From positions 73,346 to 137,345 of the forward strand of contig CAZGOA010000002.1 of the NCBI GenBank assembly GCA_964527425.1: a DNA stretch of 64,000 nt, written 5' to 3'. This stretch comes from an uncultured Gammaproteobacteria bacterium. GTDB lineage: Bacteria; Patescibacteriota; Microgenomatia; UBA10105; UBA927. A program made the translations under genes and the position numbers. This document shows positions 8,778 to 17,179 of the stretch, one piece after another; the first letter of the stretch is position 1; every line of letters begins with the position of its first letter. The notes beneath the pieces are model-generated. The model saw only the letters and a list, made by a program, of their open reading frames with translations, searched no databases and was not told where the DNA came from.

Positions 8778-10592
8778 ATGGATATTAGAAATATTGCTAT
8801 TATTGCACACGTTGACCACGGTAAAACAACACTGGTTGATGGTATGTTAAAACAAACACATACGTTCCGTGATAATCAAGCTGAAATGCAACAAACAACA
8901 ATTCTCGATCGAAATGATCTAGAACGAGAAAAAGGTATTACTATTTTAGCTAAAAATACCGCTGTTACGTATAACAACGTTAAGATTAACATTATTGACA
9001 CTCCAGGTCACGCGGATTTTTCTGGTGAAGTTGAACGGGTGATAAATATGGCTGATGGCGCTCTTTTGATTGTTGATGCTGCAGAAGGACCACTTCCACA
9101 AACACAGTTTGTATTAGAGCAAGCTCTTAAAAATCATTTAAAACTTATTGTTGTAATAAATAAAATTGATAGAAAAGATGCAAGACCAAGTGATGTATTA
9201 CATGAGGTAGAGGAACTATTCCTACGTTTAGCAAGCCACGACGACCATCTTCATTTTCCTGTTCTTTATGCAATAGGAAGAGAAGCAAAAGCCTGGAATT
9301 CACTCCCACATAATCCAGATGAATCAGCAGATCTCTCTCCTATTTTTGAAACAATTCTCACTCATATACCAGCTCCTCAAGGAGATAGGGAAAAACCGTT
9401 TAAAATGCTTATATCTACTTTAGACTTTGATCCTTATAAAGGAACGTATGCAATCGGAAAAGTCACTCAAGGAACGATAAAACCGAATCAAACAATTGTA
9501 AAAGTCCTAGAACAAGAAGTCCTAGGCACATTTAAAGTACAAGAGGTATATACAAGTATTGGACTCGAACGAGCACCAGTAAATGAAGGAGTAACCGGTG
9601 ATATTATTGCCTTAACCGGATTAGGAGATATCAACATAGGTCAAACTATCACAGATCCTTCAGACCCTGTTGGTTTTCCAGCAATCAAACTACAAGAACC
9701 TACTCTTAAAGTATTAATAGCTCCCAACACATCACCCTTTGCCGGAAGAGAGGGTAAGTATCATACAGAACGACAAATAGAAGACAGGCTAAAAAAAGAA
9801 CAGAAAACAAATATCGGACTTAGAATTGAAAAATATTCAGAAGGAGCAGGATTTTTAGTCTCAGGTAGAGGCGAACTTCATCTTGCAGTTCTCATAGAAA
9901 CACTTAGACGGGAAGGTTTTGAAATGCAGGTGGGTAAACCAGAGGTTATTCTTCATGAAGTTGCAGGAGAAACACACGAACCGTATGAAGAATTAACAAT
10001 AGATATAGATTCAACCTATGTCGGTATTATTACCGAAGAATTAGGAAAACGGAGAGCAGAATTGTTAGATACTCACACGAACGAACAACAAATGGCCCGT
10101 ATGCTGTATAAAATATCAAGTCGTAACTTACTTGGTTTTAGAAGTGACATATTAACAAAAACTCGTGGAACAGGAATTTTTGCTACTCGCTTTATAGGAT
10201 ATTTTCCTCTTTCTACACATATCCCAAAAATACGAAACGGTGTACTTATATCTTTTGAAACTGGTAAAGCAACAACCTACTCACTTCAAACAGTTCATGA
10301 GAGAGGAACCGCTTTTATAGGACCAGGAACCCCTGTTTATGAGGGCATGATTATTGGACTCAATGCAAGACAAGAAGATATTGAAATTAATGTCACCAGA
10401 GCAAAAAAATTAACGAATAACCGTTCTGCAGGAGAAGATACTATTATGCTAGCCCCTCCTACTACACTAAGTTTAGAACAATGCCTTGATTTTATAGAAG
10501 AAGATGAATTATTAGAAGTAACACCAGAAAATTTAAGACTACGCAAAAAATACTTAACAAAAGTAGACAGAACAAGAGCGAGCAGAAACTAA
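8778..10592 (+). CDS. typA: Translational GTPase TypA/BipA
   Basis: NIAIIAHVDHGKTTLVD, DTPGHADF, NKID, GRGELHL, ELLEVTPENLRLRK. Confidence 0.97.
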   Translation: MDIRNIAIIAHVDHGKTTLVDGMLKQTHTFRDNQAEMQQTTILDRNDLEREKGITILAKNTAVTYNNVKINIIDTPGHADFSGEVERVINMADGALLIVDAAEGPLPQTQFVLEQALKNHLKLIVVINKIDRKDARPSDVLHEVEELFLRLASHDDHLHFPVLYAIGREAKAWNSLPHNPDESADLSPIFETILTHIPAPQGDREKPFKMLISTLDFDPYKGTYAIGKVTQGTIKPNQTIVKVLEQEVLGTFKVQEVYTSIGLERAPVNEGVTGDIIALTGLGDINIGQTITDPSDPVGFPAIKLQEPTLKVLIAPNTSPFAGREGKYHTERQIEDRLKKEQKTNIGLRIEKYSEGAGFLVSGRGELHLAVLIETLRREGFEMQVGKPEVILHEVAGETHEPYEELTIDIDSTYVGIITEELGKRRAELLDTHTNEQQMARMLYKISSRNLLGFRSDILTKTRGTGIFATRFIGYFPLSTHIPKIRNGVLISFETGKATTYSLQTVHERGTAFIGPGTPVYEGMIIGLNARQEDIEINVTRAKKLTNNRSAGEDTIMLAPPTTLSLEQCLDFIEEDELLEVTPENLRLRKKYLTKVDRTRASRN

Positions 10593-10600
10593 ATCACTTC

Positions 10601-10643
10601 TTATTGCAAATTACTTGCATTAATACTCTGTACTGTATAAAAT
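10601..10643 (+). promoter_or_regulatory. Fur/Zur-type inverted repeat overlapping the sigma70 promoter of the fur-ZIP operon
   Basis: TTATTGCAAAT-T-ACTTGCATTAA (10601-10623) covers -35 TTGCAT (10615-10620); 17-nt spacer; -10 TAAAAT (10638-10643); ATG 7 nt later. Confidence 0.7.
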
Positions 10644-10650
10644 CTTTTTT

Positions 10651-11043
10651 ATGGTATCTCGCAATACAAAAATTAAAGTGCTTGTAAACGATCTCTTTCA
10701 AAATTCTCAGACGCCTTTAACACTACGCGAAGCATTTTTACAAGTAAAAAAGCAGTATCCAACTGTTGCCTATTCAACTGTATTTCGCATAGTAAAAGAC
10801 CTTTCTCATGCAAAAAAATTAATCCAGATTGATTGGAAAGAAAGAGGCAGTAGATATGAGTGGGCGCAAAGATCACATCATCACCATCTTGTTTGCAATA
10901 CTTGTCACACGGTAGCAGATGTTAATGATGAAGAGTTACAATTAAATCTAGGTAACATTTCTAAAAAAACAGGTTTTGATATACAAGATCATTCCGTTGA
11001 ATTATTTGGAGTATGTAACAACTGTCAATATAAACACCTATGA
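10651..11043 (+). CDS. Fur-family regulator (probably Zur)
   Basis: VAYSTVFR helix, HHHHLVCNTC and C-terminal FGVCNNC; coupled to a ZIP transporter. Confidence 0.9.
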   Translation: MVSRNTKIKVLVNDLFQNSQTPLTLREAFLQVKKQYPTVAYSTVFRIVKDLSHAKKLIQIDWKERGSRYEWAQRSHHHHLVCNTCHTVADVNDEELQLNLGNISKKTGFDIQDHSVELFGVCNNCQYKHL

Positions 11044-11795
11044 GTACTCTTCTACTATACAGCTTAATAAGTGGTTTTTTTTCACTTATAGGAGGTTTTT
11101 TAGTTCTTATAAATACCAAACTGTCAAAAAAAATCATGACACCCCTGATAGCTTTTGGAGCTGGAGCGTTTTTAGCTGCTTCTTTTTTAGATATGCTACC
11201 TGAGGCAATCGAACAAGTTGAAGAAGCTCATCCTATATTTTACTCACTTCTTATCGGATTTATTGCATTTTTTATTCTTGAACGAATTCTGATGATTATT
11301 AATAAACATGCTGAGCATACGCATCATCATTCAGATCATACAGAATCATTACCTTGGTTAATTATTGTTGGTGATAGCTTACATAATTTTTTAGATGGCA
11401 TTGTTATAGCTATAGCCTACGTTGCCAATCCCGTACTCGGACTCCCAACTGCACTAGCCATAGCGGCACACGAAATTCCTCAAGAAATTGGTGATTTCTC
11501 AATCCTTCTTAGTCTTAAATGGAACAAAATAAAAATAATTTTGGTAAATATTATGCAATCTTTACTTACTATTCCCGGTGTAATAGTTGGATATTATATG
11601 AGTCAGGCAATTGAACAATACATTCCCTATTTATTAGCATTCACAGCAGGAATTTTTATTTATATTGCAGCATCCAATATTATTCCAGAACTCCATCACA
11701 GAGCAGGACATAAACAAATCCTTAGTGTTGTTATACCTCTTATATTAAGTATCATTTTTATTGCACAACTTACCACACTTGCCCACGGTCATTAA
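11040..11795 (+). CDS. ZIP-family metal (Zn) transporter
   Basis: His-rich loop, GDSLHNFLDG, AHEIPQEIGD, multiple TMs. Confidence 0.93.
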   Translation: MSTLLLYSLISGFFSLIGGFLVLINTKLSKKIMTPLIAFGAGAFLAASFLDMLPEAIEQVEEAHPIFYSLLIGFIAFFILERILMIINKHAEHTHHHSDHTESLPWLIIVGDSLHNFLDGIVIAIAYVANPVLGLPTALAIAAHEIPQEIGDFSILLSLKWNKIKIILVNIMQSLLTIPGVIVGYYMSQAIEQYIPYLLAFTAGIFIYIAASNIIPELHHRAGHKQILSVVIPLILSIIFIAQLTTLAHGH

Positions 11796-11798
11796 ATT

Positions 11799-12656
11799 TC
11801 AACATAATTTCTGGAATATTTCTTCCATATGAGTACTTAAAATAAAATGCCCTTCATTTTGATATAGAGTTAATTTACTCCCCTTAATTTGTGAAGCATA
11901 ATACTTACCCATAGCAAGAGGAACATTTTTATCTTCTTCACCATAAAATAAAAGTACTTTAGAAGGAATATCTTTTACACTAAACCCCCAATCACTTGTA
12001 TATAATTTCAAATCATGTTTAACTCCTTGGTATCCATTCTGAAAAGCCTCCTGAAAATTTCTTGTGATAGATTGTCTCACTCTTAAATCAGAAAGCAATT
12101 GTTTATCTCTTTTTGCACCAAATAGAAATCTATGTAAACCTAATTGTGGACTGTACTTAGCGTATGCGAAATGTATCAATACTGACACTGTTCTAAACAT
12201 TGGAAATTTTGCGTAATTTGCCCAACCCAGCTTTGAGAATAAAGGCATGCCATCTAATAATCCTGGAATGTACGTGGGAGCAAGACCCGCTACTATGCCT
12301 ACCTTAGTCAGCCTTTTAGGAATTTTATATCCACATACAGCCGCGTAAGGTCCTCCACCAGAAATTCCCAGAATTGCGAAAGTATCTATACTAAGTTTAT
12401 CTGCCAGTTCTGCTACATCAGTAGGCCAATCAAGAAGCGTTCTCGCTTTCTGAAAATCAGACAATCCAAAACCAGGTCTATCAAGAGAAATAACTCTTAT
12501 ATGAAGTTCTTTAGCAATTTCATCAGTTATTCGTGCTTGTAAACGCGAAGATGGCCAACCATGAAAAAACATCAATGGTCTTCCTTGAGGATCTCCATAC
12601 TCTGCATATCCTAGCTTTCTTCCGTCTTTCAAAATGAGTATATATTCTTCATTCAT
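11799..12656 (-). CDS. Alpha/beta hydrolase
   Basis: DGRKLGYAEYGD, FHGWPSSR, DRPGFGLSD, GISGG nucleophile, EGH. Confidence 0.92.
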   Translation of the reverse strand: MNEEYILILKDGRKLGYAEYGDPQGRPLMFFHGWPSSRLQARITDEIAKELHIRVISLDRPGFGLSDFQKARTLLDWPTDVAELADKLSIDTFAILGISGGGPYAAVCGYKIPKRLTKVGIVAGLAPTYIPGLLDGMPLFSKLGWANYAKFPMFRTVSVLIHFAYAKYSPQLGLHRFLFGAKRDKQLLSDLRVRQSITRNFQEAFQNGYQGVKHDLKLYTSDWGFSVKDIPSKVLLFYGEEDKNVPLAMGKYYASQIKGSKLTLYQNEGHFILSTHMEEIFQKLC

Positions 12657-12736
12657 AGATTGATATATGTTATGAACGACATTTAATCATTGGACACTTT
12701 AGAAACCTAGTAGTACATAGTTTGATGATATTTATA

Positions 12737-12994
12737 TTAATTCCTCTTTTTTCCAGTTTGAGAAGAACCTTCAGTAAGAGCTAATAATTTACTCAGTTTT
12801 TCTGCAAATTTTTTTGCCTGCTGTCTGCTCATACCTATTCTGGTAATAATGTGTAACTTGTTAGTGCTTCCTACTCTCTGACCAACATTAATGATTAAGC
12901 CATCTTCATTCGTAGTTACAATCATATTATCCGTATAAAAAATAGGTGTTTTTACAGGATCCAGATCAACTGTTATATCTTTCTTTTCATCCAT
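12737..12994 (-). CDS. Small hypothetical protein (DUF3467-like)
   Basis: PIFYTDN..V......I.VGQ......RIGMS..QAKKF pattern; SD-like GAAGG upstream. Confidence 0.6.
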   Translation of the reverse strand: MDEKKDITVDLDPVKTPIFYTDNMIVTTNEDGLIINVGQRVGSTNKLHIITRIGMSRQQAKKFAEKLSKLLALTEGSSQTGKKRN

Positions 12995-13015
12995 AGAGCC
13001 TTCTTTCAGGAAGAA

Positions 13016-14188
13016 TTATAACTTAAAAGTCTTTAAAGAAGAAATTATCTGCTGGACTTCAGAATTATATGTGTCACTTTGCAAAGGAAATGAGATAAAC
13101 AGAATATAGTTTCCATCCGTATAGGTATATGTTTCAGCCATTGGTCCATAAGATGTTTGGTACGTCGTTTTTACAGCACTTCTGCCATTAAACGTAGCAT
13201 TTATAGACGACTTATTATCAGTATTAATTTCATCTTCAGATTTCCCTCCCATATCATTCAATACAATAACCAAACTGGGTGCAAAATCGTGTTCATGTTG
13301 CAAATCCACTCCACTAATTTCTGTTTGAACAGGAGTTGTTTTTGCAACTGAAGGGCCAAACGTTTTTCTTACTTTCCATGTTGTTGGATATGTAAATGTA
13401 AAAAATCCATCTGGATCTATATACGTTTGTTTTGGAATGGACGTTGGGATTGGAGTATTACTAGGATTTTGTGTAGGTGTGGGTATGTAATTGGTATAAG
13501 AAAGTGATTGTAACAAAGCATCAAACACATCTTTTTTGCTGATATCAGAAAGTATTATCACATCAGAGCCTTCTCCATAGGGAATATACGCTTTCCAGTA
13601 TGTACCTTTTCCTTGTCCTATACCTCCGATATTTTCAAACTGAACTGTAGCTTGTTTACCTCCAATCTGTAGTGTATGTACTTGAGAAACAGTAATTTCA
13701 GATGGGTTTTCCGGGCTAGCTACAGAAGTTCTATTAGGACTCATTAACCCAACAATTCTATTAATATAAATTTCTGAAATATTTCCATCAAAACCACAAT
13801 CAAGTTCTTTCTCTAAAGGTATTGGGAACCCACTGGAAAATTTATCATTGATTGACTCACCAGCAAAAATCTGATTACTTTCTTTACAACTAAAATAATC
13901 CCAATTGGTTGGTATAGAAAATTTCCAGTAATTGTAGGTAATAGTCTGCATCCCTTCTGTATTCACTGTTGTTTCATTCTCCGTATTTTCAATCATCATT
14001 TCATCTTTATGAATTCGATTTTTGCTATAAAGCACATAAAAACTAATACTTGAAAGAGCAATAAAGAAACAAATAAGAATCACAAATAAATATAATGTTT
14101 GAGGTTTATCAACTGCTTGAACTTGCTTTGATGACGGATCAATCTGTTCAGGTTGCTGAGGAAATACGGGTTTTAAAGGTTCATCCAT
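13016..14188 (-). CDS. Membrane-anchored protein with two PsbP-like domains and a PT linker
   Basis: Single TM; WKFSIPTNW and FTFTYPTTW domain starts; each domain ends in a helix (FDALLQSL, VQQIISSL). Confidence 0.65.
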   Translation of the reverse strand: MDEPLKPVFPQQPEQIDPSSKQVQAVDKPQTLYLFVILICFFIALSSISFYVLYSKNRIHKDEMMIENTENETTVNTEGMQTITYNYWKFSIPTNWDYFSCKESNQIFAGESINDKFSSGFPIPLEKELDCGFDGNISEIYINRIVGLMSPNRTSVASPENPSEITVSQVHTLQIGGKQATVQFENIGGIGQGKGTYWKAYIPYGEGSDVIILSDISKKDVFDALLQSLSYTNYIPTPTQNPSNTPIPTSIPKQTYIDPDGFFTFTYPTTWKVRKTFGPSVAKTTPVQTEISGVDLQHEHDFAPSLVIVLNDMGGKSEDEINTDNKSSINATFNGRSAVKTTYQTSYGPMAETYTYTDGNYILFISFPLQSDTYNSEVQQIISSLKTFKL

Positions 14189-14197
14189 AGATCCAGT

Positions 14198-15955
14198 CTA
14201 GACCTCTACAATCACAGGAACAATGAGTGGGTATCTACCAGTTTCTTTTTCCATCATTTTTGCTAAATTCTCACTGACTACTTTACGTACATATTGCCAG
14301 TCCAAAATACGTCCTTTTTTCAACTTTAATGACTGCATTGTTACCTGTTTAATTTTTTGCATAAGTTCGCCTGATTCCTTCGCATACACAAATCCACGAG
14401 TAATAATATCTGGTTCTGCCGTTACCCTTCCTGTGGCCTCCTCAACAGGAACTACTACTACCACAATTCCCTCTGTTGCAATTTGCTTTCTGTCTCGCAA
14501 CACAACAGTCCCTACATCTCCAATACCTAATCCATCAATCATCACATTCTCAAGACTTACTGAAGAAATAACTTTGGGTCTTTCTCCCTCTTTAAATTCT
14601 ATAATCTGACCTTCTTCAGGAATCAATACATCCTTTTTCCGGTACCCTAAGTCCTCAGCAAGTCGTCTATACTGCATCATATGCTTGTAATTCCCACCTA
14701 TTGGCCATATATATTTGGGTCCAATCGTAGATAATAAAAGCATCAAATCTCCCTGACTCCCATGTCCTGAGACATGCAAATCTTCCATAATATCTGAATA
14801 TGCAACTCGAGCACCTTTTCTATAAATTTGTTCAATAAGCTGTTCAATATTATGTTCATTCCCTGGTATTGGATCAGCTGAAAAAATAACAGTATCTCCA
14901 TCGATAATTTTTACATACCGATGCGCATCGTTAGCAATTCTTGATAATGCGCTATCTGGTTGTCCTTGAGCACCTGCTGCAATTAAAAACTGTTTGTTTG
15001 CAGGAAGTCGTTTTAAATCCTCAGGTCTGATCATGTATTCACGAGGAATGTTCATGTAACCAATATTCACTGCTTCTTCAGTATTCTTATCAATACTTCT
15101 CCCAAAAAGTGCTATTTGTCTACCATGTTTAACAGCAATATCAATAGCAAGTTGAACTCTAGAGAGATTACTTGATTGCGTTGTAAAGAATATTTTTCCA
15201 TGAGATTGTGATAATTCTTTTTCTAGAGTTTCACCAATTACCTGTTCTGATACTGTAAAACCTCGACGTTCACTTCCTAAGCAATCAGTAAGCATACACA
15301 ATACATTCCGTTTCCCCAGCGCTGTAATTTTATCCAGTTCAGATATTTTTCCATCTAAGGGAGTAAAATCAAATTTAAAATCACTACCGTGATACAAAAT
15401 ACCTATAGGTGTTTCAATAATAATATTTGATGTATCTGGAATAGAATGTGTCATTCGTACAAATGATAAACGAAAAGGACCTATCTCAATCTGTTCATCA
15501 AACGAAACACTCTGAACTCGCGAGGAAATTTTAGCTTCCTTTAACTTAATATTTGCTAATGCGGCAGTTAACTTAGTACCCCACATGCTTGGAGCGCCTA
15601 ATTTTTCATATAAATATGGTATTCCTCCAATATGATCATCATGACCATGAGTAAATACTAACCCTCGTATGTACTGCAATTTATCCTGCAGGTAGGTTAC
15701 ATCCGGGATAACTAAATCAACTCCAAACATTTCTGGAGTAGGAAATCCTATACCACAATCCACAATTAAAATATCTTGTAATATGCCATCAATAAGATAT
15801 TCATATACGTACATATTTTTAGTTACATTTCCAGCTCCTCCAATAGGAAAGAGTCGTACACTATCTTTTCCAATAGAACTACTTTTACCTACATGAATAG
15901 TAGATGATGGTTTGTTTACCCCCGTTGAGGCTATGTGTTTGTGAGCTTTAAACAT
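14198..15955 (-). CDS. rnj: Ribonuclease J
   Basis: PIGGAGNVTKNM, THGHDDHIGG, HSIPD, SDFKFD, HVSGHG. Confidence 0.96.
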   Translation of the reverse strand: MFKAHKHIASTGVNKPSSTIHVGKSSSIGKDSVRLFPIGGAGNVTKNMYVYEYLIDGILQDILIVDCGIGFPTPEMFGVDLVIPDVTYLQDKLQYIRGLVFTHGHDDHIGGIPYLYEKLGAPSMWGTKLTAALANIKLKEAKISSRVQSVSFDEQIEIGPFRLSFVRMTHSIPDTSNIIIETPIGILYHGSDFKFDFTPLDGKISELDKITALGKRNVLCMLTDCLGSERRGFTVSEQVIGETLEKELSQSHGKIFFTTQSSNLSRVQLAIDIAVKHGRQIALFGRSIDKNTEEAVNIGYMNIPREYMIRPEDLKRLPANKQFLIAAGAQGQPDSALSRIANDAHRYVKIIDGDTVIFSADPIPGNEHNIEQLIEQIYRKGARVAYSDIMEDLHVSGHGSQGDLMLLLSTIGPKYIWPIGGNYKHMMQYRRLAEDLGYRKKDVLIPEEGQIIEFKEGERPKVISSVSLENVMIDGLGIGDVGTVVLRDRKQIATEGIVVVVVPVEEATGRVTAEPDIITRGFVYAKESGELMQKIKQVTMQSLKLKKGRILDWQYVRKVVSENLAKMMEKETGRYPLIVPVIVEV

Positions 15956-15957
15956 AC

Positions 15958-17061
15958 TTAATACACTTCGATAAAATCCTTAATATTTTCATTCGTAATG
16001 TGAAACGTGTTTCCTTTTCCTTCGACAATCAACCGAGCCACTTTTCTGCATAAACTATTCATGGTCCGCTCTAAACTACGAATTCCTGCGTCATACCCTA
16101 AAGGACGAACAAGTTTAGGCCAGATAGATTCATCAATTGTTAAATTTTCCTGACTTAGTCCCGATTCCTTCATCAAATTAGGTAAAACATATTGCTTAGC
16201 AATTGTGATTTTTTCCTCGTCAGTATATGAAGGCATTTGTATCGGTTCAAGTCTATCTAAGACTGCTGTTGCTATATGAGTTGTATTGTTTGCAGTTGCA
16301 ATAAATAATACTTCAGACAAATCAAATGGAAAATCTACATAATGATCTCTAAAAGCAGCATTTTGTTCTGGATCTAATAACTCTACTAATACACCCATAA
16401 TGTCTGCTCTTGTCTGTTCGGCTACTCTATCAATTTCATCAAGCAGTATTACTGGATTTTTTGTGCCTGCAAATCGTAACCCTTTCATGATGAGTCCCAT
16501 TTCTGCATCAGGAGTTACACGCGCTTGCCCCCGCAAATCCAATGCATCACTCAATCCTCCAAAAGGTATGCGAACAAATCGCCTTCCCATTGCTTCTGCA
16601 ATAGATTTAGCCAATGTTGTTTTTCCAGTACCAACTAACCCTACTAAACACAAAATAGGAGCTCGTCTGGCTAACATCGCATGACTTAATTTTGTATCAT
16701 CAACCACAGCCCCACCCTGTATTTCAGAATTACTTTTCCAACGGTCCAGATTTAATTTTAAAACAGAAAGATATTCTAAAATTCTATCTTTTACAGACTG
16801 GAGTCCATAATGATGCTTTTCAAAAATTTCTTTTGCGTGAGCTAAATCAAGTTGATCAGTTGTACGAATATTCCAGGGAAGATTAACAACTGAATCGATA
16901 TAGCGCAAAATCATCTCAATATGAACACGTGCAGTAATATCATGTTCAAGTCTCTCAATCTCTTCAATCTGACTTAATACTCTTCCCTCCATTTCTTGAG
17001 GAAGCTGAACTTTGGAAATTTGTTGTTTAAGACCTGCTAACTGATCGGTTAAATGAGACAT
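15958..17061 (-). CDS. Stand-alone Lon-type AAA+ ATPase (no N-terminal substrate domain, no protease domain)
   Basis: LPW..HYGLQSVKDRILEYL, LCLVGLVGTGKT, LLDEID, LLDPEQN..F.DHY, FIATAN, LDRLE, GIRSLER; ends at 367 aa. Confidence 0.9.
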   Translation of the reverse strand: MSHLTDQLAGLKQQISKVQLPQEMEGRVLSQIEEIERLEHDITARVHIEMILRYIDSVVNLPWNIRTTDQLDLAHAKEIFEKHHYGLQSVKDRILEYLSVLKLNLDRWKSNSEIQGGAVVDDTKLSHAMLARRAPILCLVGLVGTGKTTLAKSIAEAMGRRFVRIPFGGLSDALDLRGQARVTPDAEMGLIMKGLRFAGTKNPVILLDEIDRVAEQTRADIMGVLVELLDPEQNAAFRDHYVDFPFDLSEVLFIATANNTTHIATAVLDRLEPIQMPSYTDEEKITIAKQYVLPNLMKESGLSQENLTIDESIWPKLVRPLGYDAGIRSLERTMNSLCRKVARLIVEGKGNTFHITNENIKDFIEVY

Positions 17062-17066
17062 ACAAA

Positions 17067-17114
17067 TCTGTAAGAACTATACGTTGATATATAATAAGTA
17101 TACCTCCTTACAGA
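17067..17114 (-). promoter_or_regulatory. Hairpin directly upstream of the Lon-like ATPase start
   Basis: TCTGTAAGGAGGTATAC...GTATAGTTCTTACAGA inverted repeat ending 5 nt before ATG. Confidence 0.45.
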
Positions 17115-17179
17115 AGAACAAAAAACTATACTTCTTTCTTACATTGAGTAGTTTATAATATTCAGGTTTCAGAAATAAT

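Noticed and set aside
15958-17061. lon pseudogene
   Set aside because: Clean ORF with intact ATPase motifs and tight packing against rnj; no protease-domain remnant follows.
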